From: Paludibacteraceae bacterium
GTDB taxonomy: Bacteria > Bacteroidota > Bacteroidia > Bacteroidales > Paludibacteraceae
Length of the DNA stretch: 53,870 nucleotides
Reading direction: 5' to 3'
Assembly (NCBI GenBank): GCA_024401615.1
Contig: JAKSKS010000001.1
Span: forward strand, 1 to 53,870
A program made the position numbers and the translations under genes. Below, piece by piece: positions 19,501 through 29,073 of the stretch. The notes beneath the pieces were generated by a model. That model made no database searches, was not told the DNA's origin, and saw only the letters and a program-made list of their open reading frames with translations. Within the stretch, counting starts at the first letter, position 1. Each line of letters starts with the position of its first letter.

Positions 19501-22500
19501 AAGGAAGTTTGTCCTAAAGAAGTTGAAATACTTAATTCAGTCCTTTATTATAAGGAAAGCACTTCTAAAACTTGGATTAAGATTGAAGACAAGTCTGCGT
19601 TGCTCTTCAAGTTAGGCATTACATACGATATTGCTTGGCGTTTCTACAAGCAGAACACAGGTACTACTGTCGACAAGGATGTTTATGCAGAGTGTGTCCG
19701 CTCTTTCAATGTGGTTGACTCTGTTGCTCCTGTTGTTGACTGTAGCATCTTGCGCGATACCGCTGTTACTGTAAACCTCAGCACTGAGGGCAAAGACTTG
19801 AATTATGCTTCTGCTTCTGACGCTCGTACATTCTCTTATATTACTTATACATTGAAGGGATTCTTTAACATGATTCCTTCTGCTTACGACGCTTGCTCAG
19901 GCGAAATCAGACCAACCGTTTCTATCATAACTCCAGATGGAAAGTCTAAGGTTGTTGGTGTTCCTGCCGATGCTGAAAAGAAGGTGCTCGACGCAATTAA
20001 CAAGTTCCAATTCCCTGTTGGTGTTTCTGTATTGGAATATGTTTACGTAGACGATAAGGGCAATACCTCTTCTTGTAAGCAAGATATTATTGTGTACGAG
20101 AGAATGGCAATCAACTGTACTTCTGAATTGACCATTCCTGTTGATGATAAATGCTTGGGTCACCTCGATGTGACTGCTGCCACTGTGAATACGGCTTTGG
20201 TTTCATATGTGCGCGAGTACAAGTATTTAAACTACAATTACATGGGAACACCTGTTAAGTATGTAGACGTAGTTAATGACAATGACGTTTATCCTGGCCC
20301 TGTAGGCCCTGTAGGCCCTGCTGGTCCTGGCGCATTTGGCCCTGGTGCATTTGGTCCTGGTGCGTTCGGCCCTGCTGCTCTTCCTACTGCTTATGGTTAC
20401 TATGGTAGTTACGTCTTCAAACTCGACGACTCAATGACCGTTAACTTGTCTAACCGCCAGGTTGAGGTCTTCCCTATTGCAGTAAAGAAGGTTACTAATG
20501 TCGATGAAAATGGTAATGCTACAGCTAAGTCTGTTACAGAAACTATTACCAACGCATCTCCTAAGGAAAAACTCCAACTGAAGATGTTGCAGCACCGCTC
20601 TGTATCTTATAATTTCTGGACTCAGAAACAAGATATTGTCGATTATAAGAACCAGGTTTATAAGAGCATCACTCTTCAGACTAAGACTTTCAACAAAGAA
20701 TTTACCGACGAGTTCAAGACTTTTGAAAAGGGTACTCACAAACTCGTTTGGTACTACGATAACGGCCAGGAGAAAGATAGCGAAGACAGTTGTGTGGTTA
20801 TTGTCTCTGTTGTAGACACTACCGCTCCGAATGTTGTTTGTGGAGAATTCGGAAAAGACATTGTTCGTGCTTCCGATCCTGAAACTTGTACCGCTATTGT
20901 TAATTTGAAACAGCCTACTCCTGAAGACGTTAACGCAACCGACAACTGTACCGCAACAAGCGACATCAAGGTTTCGTTCAACCGTGTCTTCAAGGGTGTT
21001 ACTTCTACTTCGCTTACCGATCCGTTCCAGCAGGGTACTACTGTGGTAACCTGGATTTTTGCCGATGAAGACGGTAACGAGTCTTATTGTATACAGAACA
21101 TCACTGTTAACGACTCTACAGGTCCTGTGGTTGACTGTAACAAGATTTTGGTGAACCCAATCAACGTTAAGGCCGATGACAAGTGTCAGGCGCTTAAAGA
21201 CGTGATGGTTGAGGCTGGTCTTGCAATTCCTGTCCTTGATCCATCGGCAGAGCTTTGCTCTCCTACCAAGGATCCTATTAAGGGTGTGGGTGTACGTGAA
21301 GACGAAAATGGTGTGAAGGATGGACTCGATGTGATGAACGATCCTTATGCATTGGGTCATACCATCATTGTTTGGACCTTTACCGACTCTCTTGGCAATG
21401 CTACCGTTTGTCGCCAGAACATCTATGTGAACGATGAAACTGGTCCGAATGTAGATTGTAAGGAATTTGAAGAGAATCCTATCAATTACGAACTCGCTTC
21501 TGATGCGTGCGAGGCTCCTAAAGACAGCATTTTGGCTCGTTTGGGAACACACAAGGTGAAAGATAACTGCGATGCTGATTCTATTGCCGGTGTTCCATAC
21601 ATGCTTCGCAAGGGTGGTGTCCGCGCTCCAATTCCTAATGCGTTTGTAAAGGATACTACTTATATCATCGAATGGGTATTCACCGATAAGGCAGGTAACG
21701 AATCTACTTGCCAGCAGAAGTTCTCTGTTATCGATACTACCGCTCCTAATAACGATATCTGTCCAGATCCTGAAAAGTCAATTGACGCAAAGGTTTCTTG
21801 TACTTTGACTTTCGACGACTTGGATCTCCCTGAATTGAAGATCAACGACCTTTGCGATGGTGAGTTGATTGGCAAGTTGACGGGCGAGGTTGCTCAACCT
21901 GGCGGTAAGATCGTTTATCCTTCTAGCAAAGAAGAGTTCGATGCTTTACAGTATTATGCAGGTACTGAAAACTATTTCACTTGGACCTTTACCGACCATG
22001 CTGGTTTGACTAGCACTTGTAAGATGAAGGTGACTATTAACGATAGCATTCCTCCTGTAATCAACAACTGTAACACCAATAACGATGCTACATACGAAAT
22101 GAGTGAGGGTGTCTGCTACGCTAAGTGGAAGGATATTTCTAAACTCATTGTCATTCCTGTCGCGTTCGACGAATGTCAGGATCTTATCGACGGTACTGGT
22201 TCAACACCAATTGAACCTTCTGAAATACGCCGCTACTTCGATGGTCAGCTTGTTTCTGTAAGCACGGGCTCCGATACTGCTTGGCGTGCCGATCCGTTCC
22301 CACGTGGCGTTACCCGTTTGGTTTGGGTGTTTACCGACCGCTCTGGTAATGTAGATTCTTGTGCAAAGAGCATTCGTGTTGTTCTCCGCACCGATCCATC
22401 ATTCATTTGCGACTCAATCCAGCCAAATCCTATGCGACCTGTCGCTGAAGAGGGTACTTGCTCTGTATTCTTTAAGGATTTGAAGTTTGGCAAGTATTAT

Positions 22501-25500
22501 GGTTTCAATGCTTGTACCAACGACTCTATTGAGGCCAAGTTGCTCTTGGGTCCTGTACCGTCTGCTCTTCCTGTTCCAAACGATTTGGAATTCAAGGTGG
22601 GCGACACTATCACTGTGTTCTGGGTTGTAACCGACGAAGACGGCAACCATTCAGCATGTCCTCAAATTGTTATACCAAGTCACAGCAACCCAATCGACTT
22701 CGATTGTAATACGCTCGACACGTTGCGTGCCGTTGCTCTCGAGGGTGTGTGTTATGTGCCTGCCGACCAGGTTAACTTGCCTAATCCGTATGCAATTGAC
22801 AGTTGCGCACAGGCTAATGGCGCTAAACCAGATACCATCTACGCAGTTCCAACCCGTAGCGATGGTGCTGCTCTTAACGATAATTACCCAACTGGTAAGA
22901 CTGTTATTAGTTGGATGTTTGTCAGCCCATTCAATTTAAATGATACACTCATCTGTAACCAGGTGGTTAAGGTAGACGGTAACAAGCATTTCGATTTGAA
23001 TTGCGATGTTATTTTACCTCAGATTAACGATACTGTTACAGACTGTGGTCCTGATCCTAATATCGAGTTGACTGCTCCTCAGGTTCCAGACCCATGTGTT
23101 GAAGATACTATTATTACCGGTGTACCTGTTTCTCGTAGCGATGCGCAGGCTATTGATGCTGCGTTCCCTCTTGGAACAACCGTTATTACATGGACATTTA
23201 CCGAAGCAACTGGTACTATTACCGACACTTGTCGTCAGAACATTTTGGTGCTTACCGAAAAGGACCTTGTAAAACCTTGCGACACTGCTGCTATGGATAC
23301 CATTTTGGTTCCTGCTCCAGAAGACGCTTGTACAGTTCCTTCTTCCGATGTTCCTTTGGTTCGTCCTTATGCGTTGCATCCTTGTACTTTCGACACTGTT
23401 TGGGGTGTTCTTTCACGTCCGGGTGTTACCGATGTTAACGCTCCTTACGTTATCGGTATGAACCGTTTGATTTGGACATTCACCGACACCACCAATACTT
23501 TGGTTCGCCCTGTTGGTACTTGCGAACAGTTCGTAAAGGTGGGCGATGTTGAGGTTGAACCTGTTAATTGCGACAACATGCCAGACATCAATAAGGTTTT
23601 GGCCGCTGGTAACTGTACTATCGACTTCGGCGATTTCGAACTCAACATTCCTCCTGTTATCGACCGTTGTCCTAACGGTGACCCTAATGGCGATCCTGTT
23701 GAGATTCTTCCTACCATCACCCGTGCTTCAAAACCGGGATGGTCTACTCAAAATAGCAAGGAAATTGGTACTTTCAGCGTAGGTCGCGATACCATTACTT
23801 GGTTGTATGTGATTGCAGGTAACGAATACCGTTGTGAACAGCACATCTCTGTTAAAGACAGCGTAGAACCTGATTTCGACTGCTCTAAGTTAGGTTTGGT
23901 TTTGGCTGAAGCCGAAGATGGTGAGTGCGAAGCTCTGCTCGATGCTGTGTTGAAGTTGCTCCAACCTTATCCAAAGGCTGTTGAAACTTGCACTGGCGAC
24001 TCTATCGAGGGCGTTCCTACTCTTGAAGACGGTTCTCCGCTTCCTTCTTCTTTCAAGGTTGGCGATACCGTTATTGTTAAGTGGACCTTCATCGATACGT
24101 TGGTGAACACTACTGCTAAGATCTGTAAGCAGCCTGTTACTGTAATCAGCAACGCTGAACCAATCTTCGATTGTAACTCGCTCGACACTTTGTTCTTTGT
24201 TGCACACGATGCTTGCTCTATCGTTCTTGGCGAGGCCGACATTCCAGTCCCTGTTGCTAAAGACTCTTGCACTGGTGCTGATGTTCCTGGTGTGGCAAGC
24301 CGCAAAGATGGTGGCGACGTTTATGGCACTTACAACACTGGTTTTGTTACCCTCACTTGGACATTCGATTCTCCTTACAGCAAGAAGAACAAGGTTTGTA
24401 CACAGGTTGTTCATGTTGTAACTGACCTTCCTATCGACGGCAAGTGTGGTGAAGATAATTATCCAACTATCAAGGTGGCTGTTGAAGATGGCGTTTGCGA
24501 GGTTCCGTCTACCCAGATTCTTGCAAAAATCATCGACCACAATGCTGTTAACCCTTGTCACAACACTTGGATTATTAAGGGTATCCCTTCTCGTAGCGAC
24601 GGTAAGGATCTCGATGAAAATTATCCTATCGGTAAGACCATTATTACTTGGACTTTCACCGATACAACCCAAACGTTGTTGAATCCTGTTTCTTTCTGTG
24701 AACAGATTGTTGAAGTTGGCGACAACAACGAACCTCCTGTAGATTGTGAAAAGACATTCCCTGCAGTGAAGCGTTTCTTAGATGCTGACGATTGCTCTAT
24801 CGATATGACTGAAATTCCAGTCTACCTCAACGAAATGCCAGTTAACAAGTGTAACGGCGATATTGCGGTGCTCGACACCACCCGTGAAAGCGGTAAGTTG
24901 ATGAGTGAGCCATTTGAGGTTGGTAAGGATGTTATTATCTGGAAGTTTACCTTCCCTTCTAACAACCAGACCGTTGTTTGTCGTCAGAACATCGAGGTAA
25001 TCGATACTATCGCTCCTAACTTCGATTGTAACACCCTCACTCCTGTCATCAACGTTGCGTTCAAGGTGGCTGGTGTTGACTATGTGACATACGACGAGGT
25101 TGTGGCTGCTGGTTTCTACATCCCTGTTGTGAAAGACTCTTGTTGCGAAGTTAAGACTACTGTAACACGTAGCGACAACTTGCAGTTGGAAGACAACTTT
25201 AAGTTTGGTGAAACTGTCATTACCTTCGTCTTCTCTGATGACCATGGTAACGATAAGGTTTGTACCCAGATTATTAAGGTTACCGATATGGTTCCACCAG
25301 AAGAGACTTGTCCGAAGATTGGCGGTACTTATTCATGTTTGTCTCAAATCCCTCAATCGTTTACTTACGAAGAATTTGTGGCTGCCGGTGGTTCGCTCGA
25401 CGATCCTTCTCGTGCTGATTTGACTACCTTCAAGGTGGTTGATGAGGTTGTGGGCGACTCTTGTGAGGCTTGGGTATACCGTAACTACCATATTGAGTCT

Positions 25501-27561
25501 ATTCGCCAGGATTTGGTTACATGTAAGAATGGTCCGGATACTTTCTATGTGAAAGATAACGAGGCTCCAACTTATGTGGGTATTAGTCCTGTTGGTGAAT
25601 CTGTTAACGTGGCTTGTTCTGATATTAACTACAACGTTCCAAACGTTAGCGCTGTTGACAATTGCGACAACAACGCAACAGTGACAAGCAACTTCGTTTC
25701 AACTCAAGGTGCCGACCCAAGTCAGTGTGACTATTACACTTACGACTTGATTTACTCTTGGGTGGCTACCGACCGTTGCGGTAACGCTGCTGCTCCTGTT
25801 TCGTTCACTGTTCATGTGAAGGATACAATGGCGCCTACAATTCATACTCCTGCAAACTGGAGCGAATCGTTGCACCCAGTTTATTTGAAGAATTGCCGTT
25901 TCGGTGTGCCTAACATCACTGATTTGGTTCCGCTCGATTCTGTTGAAATGCCTTGTGGCGGTTTGGAATTCTTGAAGATTTGGCAGAGCCCTGCTGCTGG
26001 TACTGAAATTACAGAATCTGTAAATGTGGCGTTGCACTTTACCGATGTTTGTGGTAACGATACCGTTCTTTATAAATTGGTTGAGGTTCAGAATCGTAAG
26101 GATATTATTAGAATTATTGCAGACGAGTCTGCTATTGTCTGTGGTGACGATTCATCATTGACCGATCCTCGAGGCGCTTCTAACCAGCTTGCCAACACCA
26201 CTATCCGTAAGGCTAAAGGTGAAACCTGGGCTGTAGACTGGGATGGTTCTTGGGTATTGGTTCCTACTACCGTATCTTGGGATTATTACCGTGGCGGTAT
26301 TGGTTTCGATCACTTGATTTACAGTGATAACGCTTCTACTTATGGTAACTTGTTCGAGTCTATTAAGTATAACGCCCTCTCAACCCCAGAAGAAAAGCAG
26401 GCTGCAAACGAAGCTTACATCAAGTATCTCTTGTTGCTCCGTCCTGCTCAGTCAGACGATTACTACTTCGTAGCAATGGATACCGTTTCTGGTTGTACCG
26501 ATACTGCTAAAGTTTACATCGACGTTCGCGAACGTCCTCGTCTCAACTTGGCTTCTGGTGTTTGGAATGTCTGTGATGGAGACTCGCTCGCAATCAATGG
26601 CGACTTTGGTGCTGCGTTCAACGTTTGTGTTGATAATGGCGGTTCTAACATCATCAGCGAAGGTTGGATTATTGGCGACACTGCCGCTTATGTTCTAAAC
26701 ACTCCTATTAACTACGCCGACGGTGAACATCAGAAGCTCGTATACTACGCAACTAACGAGTGTGGTACTACTACCACAAACCACACCCTCTTTACCCATT
26801 GCGGTGAGGTGTTGTTGAATCACGCCGATAGTTTGAAGGTGTTTGGCTCTGAAGAAAACGTTCTGTTGGCTAAATTCGACAAATACTATGCAAGCGATAG
26901 CGTTGACGTTAAGGTTTACACGCATTATGATCCTGCACAGGTGCTCTTGACTACTAATCCACAAGACAAGGCACGTATTTGGAACGGTGAAACTGCAGAC
27001 CTTATCCTCACTCTCCCTTACAATCCTGAGGTTATATCTTGGCGCCGTGTTGAAGACAAGTTCGATGGTACTACTGGCGCAATATATGACCGTTATGGTA
27101 ATGTTATTTCTAACATTAATGGTGAGCGCGACGACGTAGACCTCGAATTGGAAGAATGGTTCAACCGCGATACCACTGTCGCTGATTCTATTTACTTCCT
27201 CGAACACATGAGGCTCAACCGATATGTTTACACTATTGAGCCTTCTGATTCAAGTGTTTACTATGCTGTAGTTTCTAACGGTGTTTGTCCTGCTGTTACT
27301 TCTAACCTGGTTAGCCTTGATGTAGTGAATGAATTGCCAACCGCAATCACTCCTTACACAAAGGACGGTATGAACGATGACTTTATGCGCGGACACCATG
27401 TAATCATCTTCAACCGTTACGGTCAGATGATTTTTGAAGGTAACGATGGTTGGGATGGTACTTATCGTGGCATCTTGGCAGACCCTGGTGTTTACTTCTA
27501 CAACTGCGAAATTCGTAACGTTGTTTACAAGGGATCACTTGAGGTCGTTAAAATTGAATAA
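16573..27561 (+). CDS. Giant (3662 aa) secreted HYR-repeat surface protein with T9SS type-B sorting domain; paralogue of gene 1
   Basis: 10.99-kb ORF starting at an ATG, with signal peptide MLAIGNFKRYLAFSLLTVLSIFRASA. By manual count it has about 24 HYR-type modules. The head (aa 1-~470) and the last ~1500 aa align collinearly with gene 1. The type-B CTD is at the end. Confidence 0.93.
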   Translation: MLAIGNFKRYLAFSLLTVLSIFRASATLTLTPDVKESCPSEAIVLTCASTTDITGHYLVYEYSYSPSGPWTYASSMTRLKKIAVDFPDDQEICYYRVSDAQTGETSAVTSVSRSTSSDCAVTCNQTTTGEYYLGTDFDPLTPGGQGSIPDGVQSHFGDHHIAFDKGGVGDYKIISDLTSEFGGNVHIDDSLGVAGKNYYYFFENPNTSVVTLSFDPKYVCGQSYRYTMRLYIKYDPNCTRTPSQDWSNSSFIARTYFGLQTVDYLEATAIDDATGVVLTPGGFVLAANTGDAARIPFNQLLDFSQVDKSHVIRLDVTYYGSFPSSANGLREFKFAPFFEQLDKCTKVAIDYISAEIESVCMDKGAYCMGDYAVVNAAGFPRNADYRWQIQDPVSKEWSDLVINGIKQFGPQFNRISIPIKEVGKTHYRVYDNDKDHVTCVKEWVWDNKINQNVEVVKCDTVLVEFDVTGKDCDPTPIDSIAGDTIICVPTDSKGISMTVIPIDANENVVYHWELVGPDKQPISDKSIVYQETQNTRGTEIFLRLPGTAQEGDYVLTVYMTKEEEGVLTTVGSAVSKTVHVYRTPVAHFTIDGFINNGKDEICPSDNHQEIYATDNSTINPAHQYIYSWSHATSIVADGKTAIISWSAGAHDSLCAELMNKYTVGETVEIDGIGCKATWDTTLSVTKPADPVIDCDALGSKAPIEIILKANESFATVTLPVPVVTESCDRFPTVTIIGDGYDAAGNDLSFKIVANLDDMKNGKVAEMIRKFTATADAKGTNGVEVTYSVVDGCGKSSNICKIKYIIRDVTGPDVPCSDIPNYTTRLSFYNLNDEDGVDTCLAYPGEGSRPDLLPVLTEPVLTDQNGVDGKIKGEFVGRLDNQMTKPATSEALFKNSKIKLNDPVTPGISYILWKFADAVGNASYCMQTITVIDDKKPVVECPDQKIQDISVQSGTSECGLSTDSLLAKLNPASIPSAKEVCPKEVEILNSVLYYKESTSKTWIKIEDKSALLFKLGITYDIAWRFYKQNTGTTVDKDVYAECVRSFNVVDSVAPVVDCSILRDTAVTVNLSTEGKDLNYASASDARTFSYITYTLKGFFNMIPSAYDACSGEIRPTVSIITPDGKSKVVGVPADAEKKVLDAINKFQFPVGVSVLEYVYVDDKGNTSSCKQDIIVYERMAINCTSELTIPVDDKCLGHLDVTAATVNTALVSYVREYKYLNYNYMGTPVKYVDVVNDNDVYPGPVGPVGPAGPGAFGPGAFGPGAFGPAALPTAYGYYGSYVFKLDDSMTVNLSNRQVEVFPIAVKKVTNVDENGNATAKSVTETITNASPKEKLQLKMLQHRSVSYNFWTQKQDIVDYKNQVYKSITLQTKTFNKEFTDEFKTFEKGTHKLVWYYDNGQEKDSEDSCVVIVSVVDTTAPNVVCGEFGKDIVRASDPETCTAIVNLKQPTPEDVNATDNCTATSDIKVSFNRVFKGVTSTSLTDPFQQGTTVVTWIFADEDGNESYCIQNITVNDSTGPVVDCNKILVNPINVKADDKCQALKDVMVEAGLAIPVLDPSAELCSPTKDPIKGVGVREDENGVKDGLDVMNDPYALGHTIIVWTFTDSLGNATVCRQNIYVNDETGPNVDCKEFEENPINYELASDACEAPKDSILARLGTHKVKDNCDADSIAGVPYMLRKGGVRAPIPNAFVKDTTYIIEWVFTDKAGNESTCQQKFSVIDTTAPNNDICPDPEKSIDAKVSCTLTFDDLDLPELKINDLCDGELIGKLTGEVAQPGGKIVYPSSKEEFDALQYYAGTENYFTWTFTDHAGLTSTCKMKVTINDSIPPVINNCNTNNDATYEMSEGVCYAKWKDISKLIVIPVAFDECQDLIDGTGSTPIEPSEIRRYFDGQLVSVSTGSDTAWRADPFPRGVTRLVWVFTDRSGNVDSCAKSIRVVLRTDPSFICDSIQPNPMRPVAEEGTCSVFFKDLKFGKYYGFNACTNDSIEAKLLLGPVPSALPVPNDLEFKVGDTITVFWVVTDEDGNHSACPQIVIPSHSNPIDFDCNTLDTLRAVALEGVCYVPADQVNLPNPYAIDSCAQANGAKPDTIYAVPTRSDGAALNDNYPTGKTVISWMFVSPFNLNDTLICNQVVKVDGNKHFDLNCDVILPQINDTVTDCGPDPNIELTAPQVPDPCVEDTIITGVPVSRSDAQAIDAAFPLGTTVITWTFTEATGTITDTCRQNILVLTEKDLVKPCDTAAMDTILVPAPEDACTVPSSDVPLVRPYALHPCTFDTVWGVLSRPGVTDVNAPYVIGMNRLIWTFTDTTNTLVRPVGTCEQFVKVGDVEVEPVNCDNMPDINKVLAAGNCTIDFGDFELNIPPVIDRCPNGDPNGDPVEILPTITRASKPGWSTQNSKEIGTFSVGRDTITWLYVIAGNEYRCEQHISVKDSVEPDFDCSKLGLVLAEAEDGECEALLDAVLKLLQPYPKAVETCTGDSIEGVPTLEDGSPLPSSFKVGDTVIVKWTFIDTLVNTTAKICKQPVTVISNAEPIFDCNSLDTLFFVAHDACSIVLGEADIPVPVAKDSCTGADVPGVASRKDGGDVYGTYNTGFVTLTWTFDSPYSKKNKVCTQVVHVVTDLPIDGKCGEDNYPTIKVAVEDGVCEVPSTQILAKIIDHNAVNPCHNTWIIKGIPSRSDGKDLDENYPIGKTIITWTFTDTTQTLLNPVSFCEQIVEVGDNNEPPVDCEKTFPAVKRFLDADDCSIDMTEIPVYLNEMPVNKCNGDIAVLDTTRESGKLMSEPFEVGKDVIIWKFTFPSNNQTVVCRQNIEVIDTIAPNFDCNTLTPVINVAFKVAGVDYVTYDEVVAAGFYIPVVKDSCCEVKTTVTRSDNLQLEDNFKFGETVITFVFSDDHGNDKVCTQIIKVTDMVPPEETCPKIGGTYSCLSQIPQSFTYEEFVAAGGSLDDPSRADLTTFKVVDEVVGDSCEAWVYRNYHIESIRQDLVTCKNGPDTFYVKDNEAPTYVGISPVGESVNVACSDINYNVPNVSAVDNCDNNATVTSNFVSTQGADPSQCDYYTYDLIYSWVATDRCGNAAAPVSFTVHVKDTMAPTIHTPANWSESLHPVYLKNCRFGVPNITDLVPLDSVEMPCGGLEFLKIWQSPAAGTEITESVNVALHFTDVCGNDTVLYKLVEVQNRKDIIRIIADESAIVCGDDSSLTDPRGASNQLANTTIRKAKGETWAVDWDGSWVLVPTTVSWDYYRGGIGFDHLIYSDNASTYGNLFESIKYNALSTPEEKQAANEAYIKYLLLLRPAQSDDYYFVAMDTVSGCTDTAKVYIDVRERPRLNLASGVWNVCDGDSLAINGDFGAAFNVCVDNGGSNIISEGWIIGDTAAYVLNTPINYADGEHQKLVYYATNECGTTTTNHTLFTHCGEVLLNHADSLKVFGSEENVLLAKFDKYYASDSVDVKVYTHYDPAQVLLTTNPQDKARIWNGETADLILTLPYNPEVISWRRVEDKFDGTTGAIYDRYGNVISNINGERDDVDLELEEWFNRDTTVADSIYFLEHMRLNRYVYTIEPSDSSVYYAVVSNGVCPAVTSNLVSLDVVNELPTAITPYTKDGMNDDFMRGHHVIIFNRYGQMIFEGNDGWDGTYRGILADPGVYFYNCEIRNVVYKGSLEVVKIE
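20293..20380 (+). repeat. In-frame Gly/Pro-rich microsatellite-like tandem repeat inside gene 2
   Basis: GGCCCTGTA occurs twice (20296-20313), followed by GGCCCTGCT. Three 15-bp units GG(T/C)CCTGG(C/T)GC(A/G)TT(T/C) then follow (20324-20368). The stretch encodes PGPVGPVGPAGPGAFGPGAFGPGAFGPAA. Confidence 0.9.
27325..27558 (+). other. T9SS type-B C-terminal sorting domain of giant gene 2
   Basis: VNELPTAITPYTKDGMNDDFMRGHHVIIFNRYGQMIFEGNDGWDGTYRGILADPGVYFYNCEIRNVVYKGSLEVVKIE. It shares identical nucleotide runs of more than 20 nt with the gene 1 CTD. Confidence 0.85.
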
Positions 27562-27585
27562 TATCTCGTTTATTATTAACTTTAC

Positions 27586-27617
27586 GAGGCGGATGGTTTT
27601 CTATCCGCCTCTTTTTT
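27586..27617 (+). terminator. Rho-independent terminator after giant gene 2
   Basis: Stem GAGGCGGAT(GG) / (CT)ATCCGCCTC, TTTT loop, then T6 at 27612-27617. Confidence 0.8.
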
Positions 27618-27654
27618 ATAATTGAATGTTGAAACAATTACCTCTATTTTAAGA

Positions 27655-29073
27655 ATGAAATCCGGTAAACTTCTTTTATTAATCGTTACACTTTTTACTG
27701 TCTTTTCTTTTACAGCTAACGGTGCTTCTACCGACGCTTTTAGTCACTTGGAGATGAGAAACCAGGATGACAGCGTCTTCCTTATGGACAGTTATAACCG
27801 TTTTAGGAATGACAAGAAGTTTAATTCTCCTGTAGTTCAACAAAACAAACAAGAGATATTTCGTATTGTTAATGTCGTTATAAGTACAAAAAAGAGTAAG
27901 GATAGTGTTGACTATCTTAAATTGATTATACCCGACTTAAAACAGTTTCTATCGCATAGAACTGAAGAGGTAAAAGTTGATAGTATTGCCAAAAAAAGTG
28001 ATGGTGAAAATTTCGATGCAGATTTATATAATGCTCCTTCTACAGAATACAAAACCTTCATTTTGTACTTATCGCAAAATGGCGATACCGTTGAAAAGGA
28101 TATTGAATACATAGACTATGCAGAAAAACTAGCAGAACAAATTGAAAGAGTCAATAGGAGGTATTCCTCTGCTGATGACGATTTCCGCTATGGCGATATT
28201 CTGCTTACCGCTTTCAATATGGCTTTGCAAGGCGATACTATAGAAATGGAGCGCTTTAGGAAAGAAACAGAACAGAAGTACATTAAAAACGAACTTGCCA
28301 AATACAACGCCAATGGGCGAATAAACAATGAACTTGCTGCAGTAAAGTTAAACACTAAAGCCGATAGCATATCTTTCGCACAAGGTTACTTTACAGGTAA
28401 AAGCACTGCAGATTCGCTCTCTTTTAAAGACAATTACAATTTTTTAGAAGGCTTGACAATTGGGTACGAGGCTCGTAAAAATAATATTGGTAAAATTGGT
28501 TGGCTCCAAATTATCAACATAATGGAATCGAAGCCTTTAGCCTCTCAACCACTCTTCATGTTAGGCATTGAAGTAGGAGGTAAGGGTGAAAAAGACGGAT
28601 ATGAACCATCTTTCATTGCTGGTGCCTATTATGGTTACGCAGGTGAGCGCACCCAATGGCAACCCAATGATATGGCGGCTTACCTGAAAAAGAATGTACT
28701 AGATCCTAGCTCTTTGTTTGGTACATGGATGGTTAACAAGGTAGAAATTATTGATAATGATAACAAAATTACAGACAAGGATAGGAGACAGTCAACAAAA
28801 GACATCCTTAAATATAAGCTTGTCATAGTTGATGACCATCAATATAAATTTAACAAGGGCACAGTAAAGCAGAATGGAAAATATTCCATTAGAAAGAACG
28901 AACTGCATCTTTTCCCATTTTCTCGCAGTTTTGCCATTAAAGAAGACAAAACAGTAGCAGAGATGGTATCGGATGAATTTGAATTTCAAATAATTTCAAG
29001 AACCGAGAAGGAATTGGTATTAGGTGCCAATTGTCGCGATTGTTTTGTGATGATCTACTTCCGCAAGAAATAA
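27655..29073 (+). CDS. Hypothetical secreted protein (473 aa), possibly with a C-terminal lipocalin-like domain
   Basis: The ORF-track start at 27622 is a TTG. The ATG at 27655 gives a clean signal peptide MKSGKLLLLIVTLFTVFSFTANGAS. I recognise no family for the body. The C-terminal ~110 aa starts with an FGTW motif typical of Bacteroidota lipocalin-like domains, which is a weak call. The gene is visibly more AT-rich than the giant genes. Confidence 0.75.
   Translation: MKSGKLLLLIVTLFTVFSFTANGASTDAFSHLEMRNQDDSVFLMDSYNRFRNDKKFNSPVVQQNKQEIFRIVNVVISTKKSKDSVDYLKLIIPDLKQFLSHRTEEVKVDSIAKKSDGENFDADLYNAPSTEYKTFILYLSQNGDTVEKDIEYIDYAEKLAEQIERVNRRYSSADDDFRYGDILLTAFNMALQGDTIEMERFRKETEQKYIKNELAKYNANGRINNELAAVKLNTKADSISFAQGYFTGKSTADSLSFKDNYNFLEGLTIGYEARKNNIGKIGWLQIINIMESKPLASQPLFMLGIEVGGKGEKDGYEPSFIAGAYYGYAGERTQWQPNDMAAYLKKNVLDPSSLFGTWMVNKVEIIDNDNKITDKDRRQSTKDILKYKLVIVDDHQYKFNKGTVKQNGKYSIRKNELHLFPFSRSFAIKEDKTVAEMVSDEFEFQIISRTEKELVLGANCRDCFVMIYFRKK

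Noticed and set aside
20293-20380. The Gly/Pro tract as a collagen-like triple-helix domain.
   Set aside because: Only three G-X-Y triplets (GPV GPV GPA) are present before the periodicity changes to pentads (GPGAF x3). That is too short and irregular for a collagen helix. I kept it only as a tandem repeat or linker.
27622-27654. Upstream-extended starts in the ORF track: 27622, 29474, 35987, 45150, 45822, 46456, 51064 and possibly 53061.
   Set aside because: Most extensions begin at TTG or GTG (27622, 29474, 35987, 45150, 51064, 53061); I did not check the start codons at 45822 and 46456. Several overlap the upstream gene or a terminator hairpin. Downstream ATGs give clean signal peptides or family-typical N-termini, so I moved the starts.
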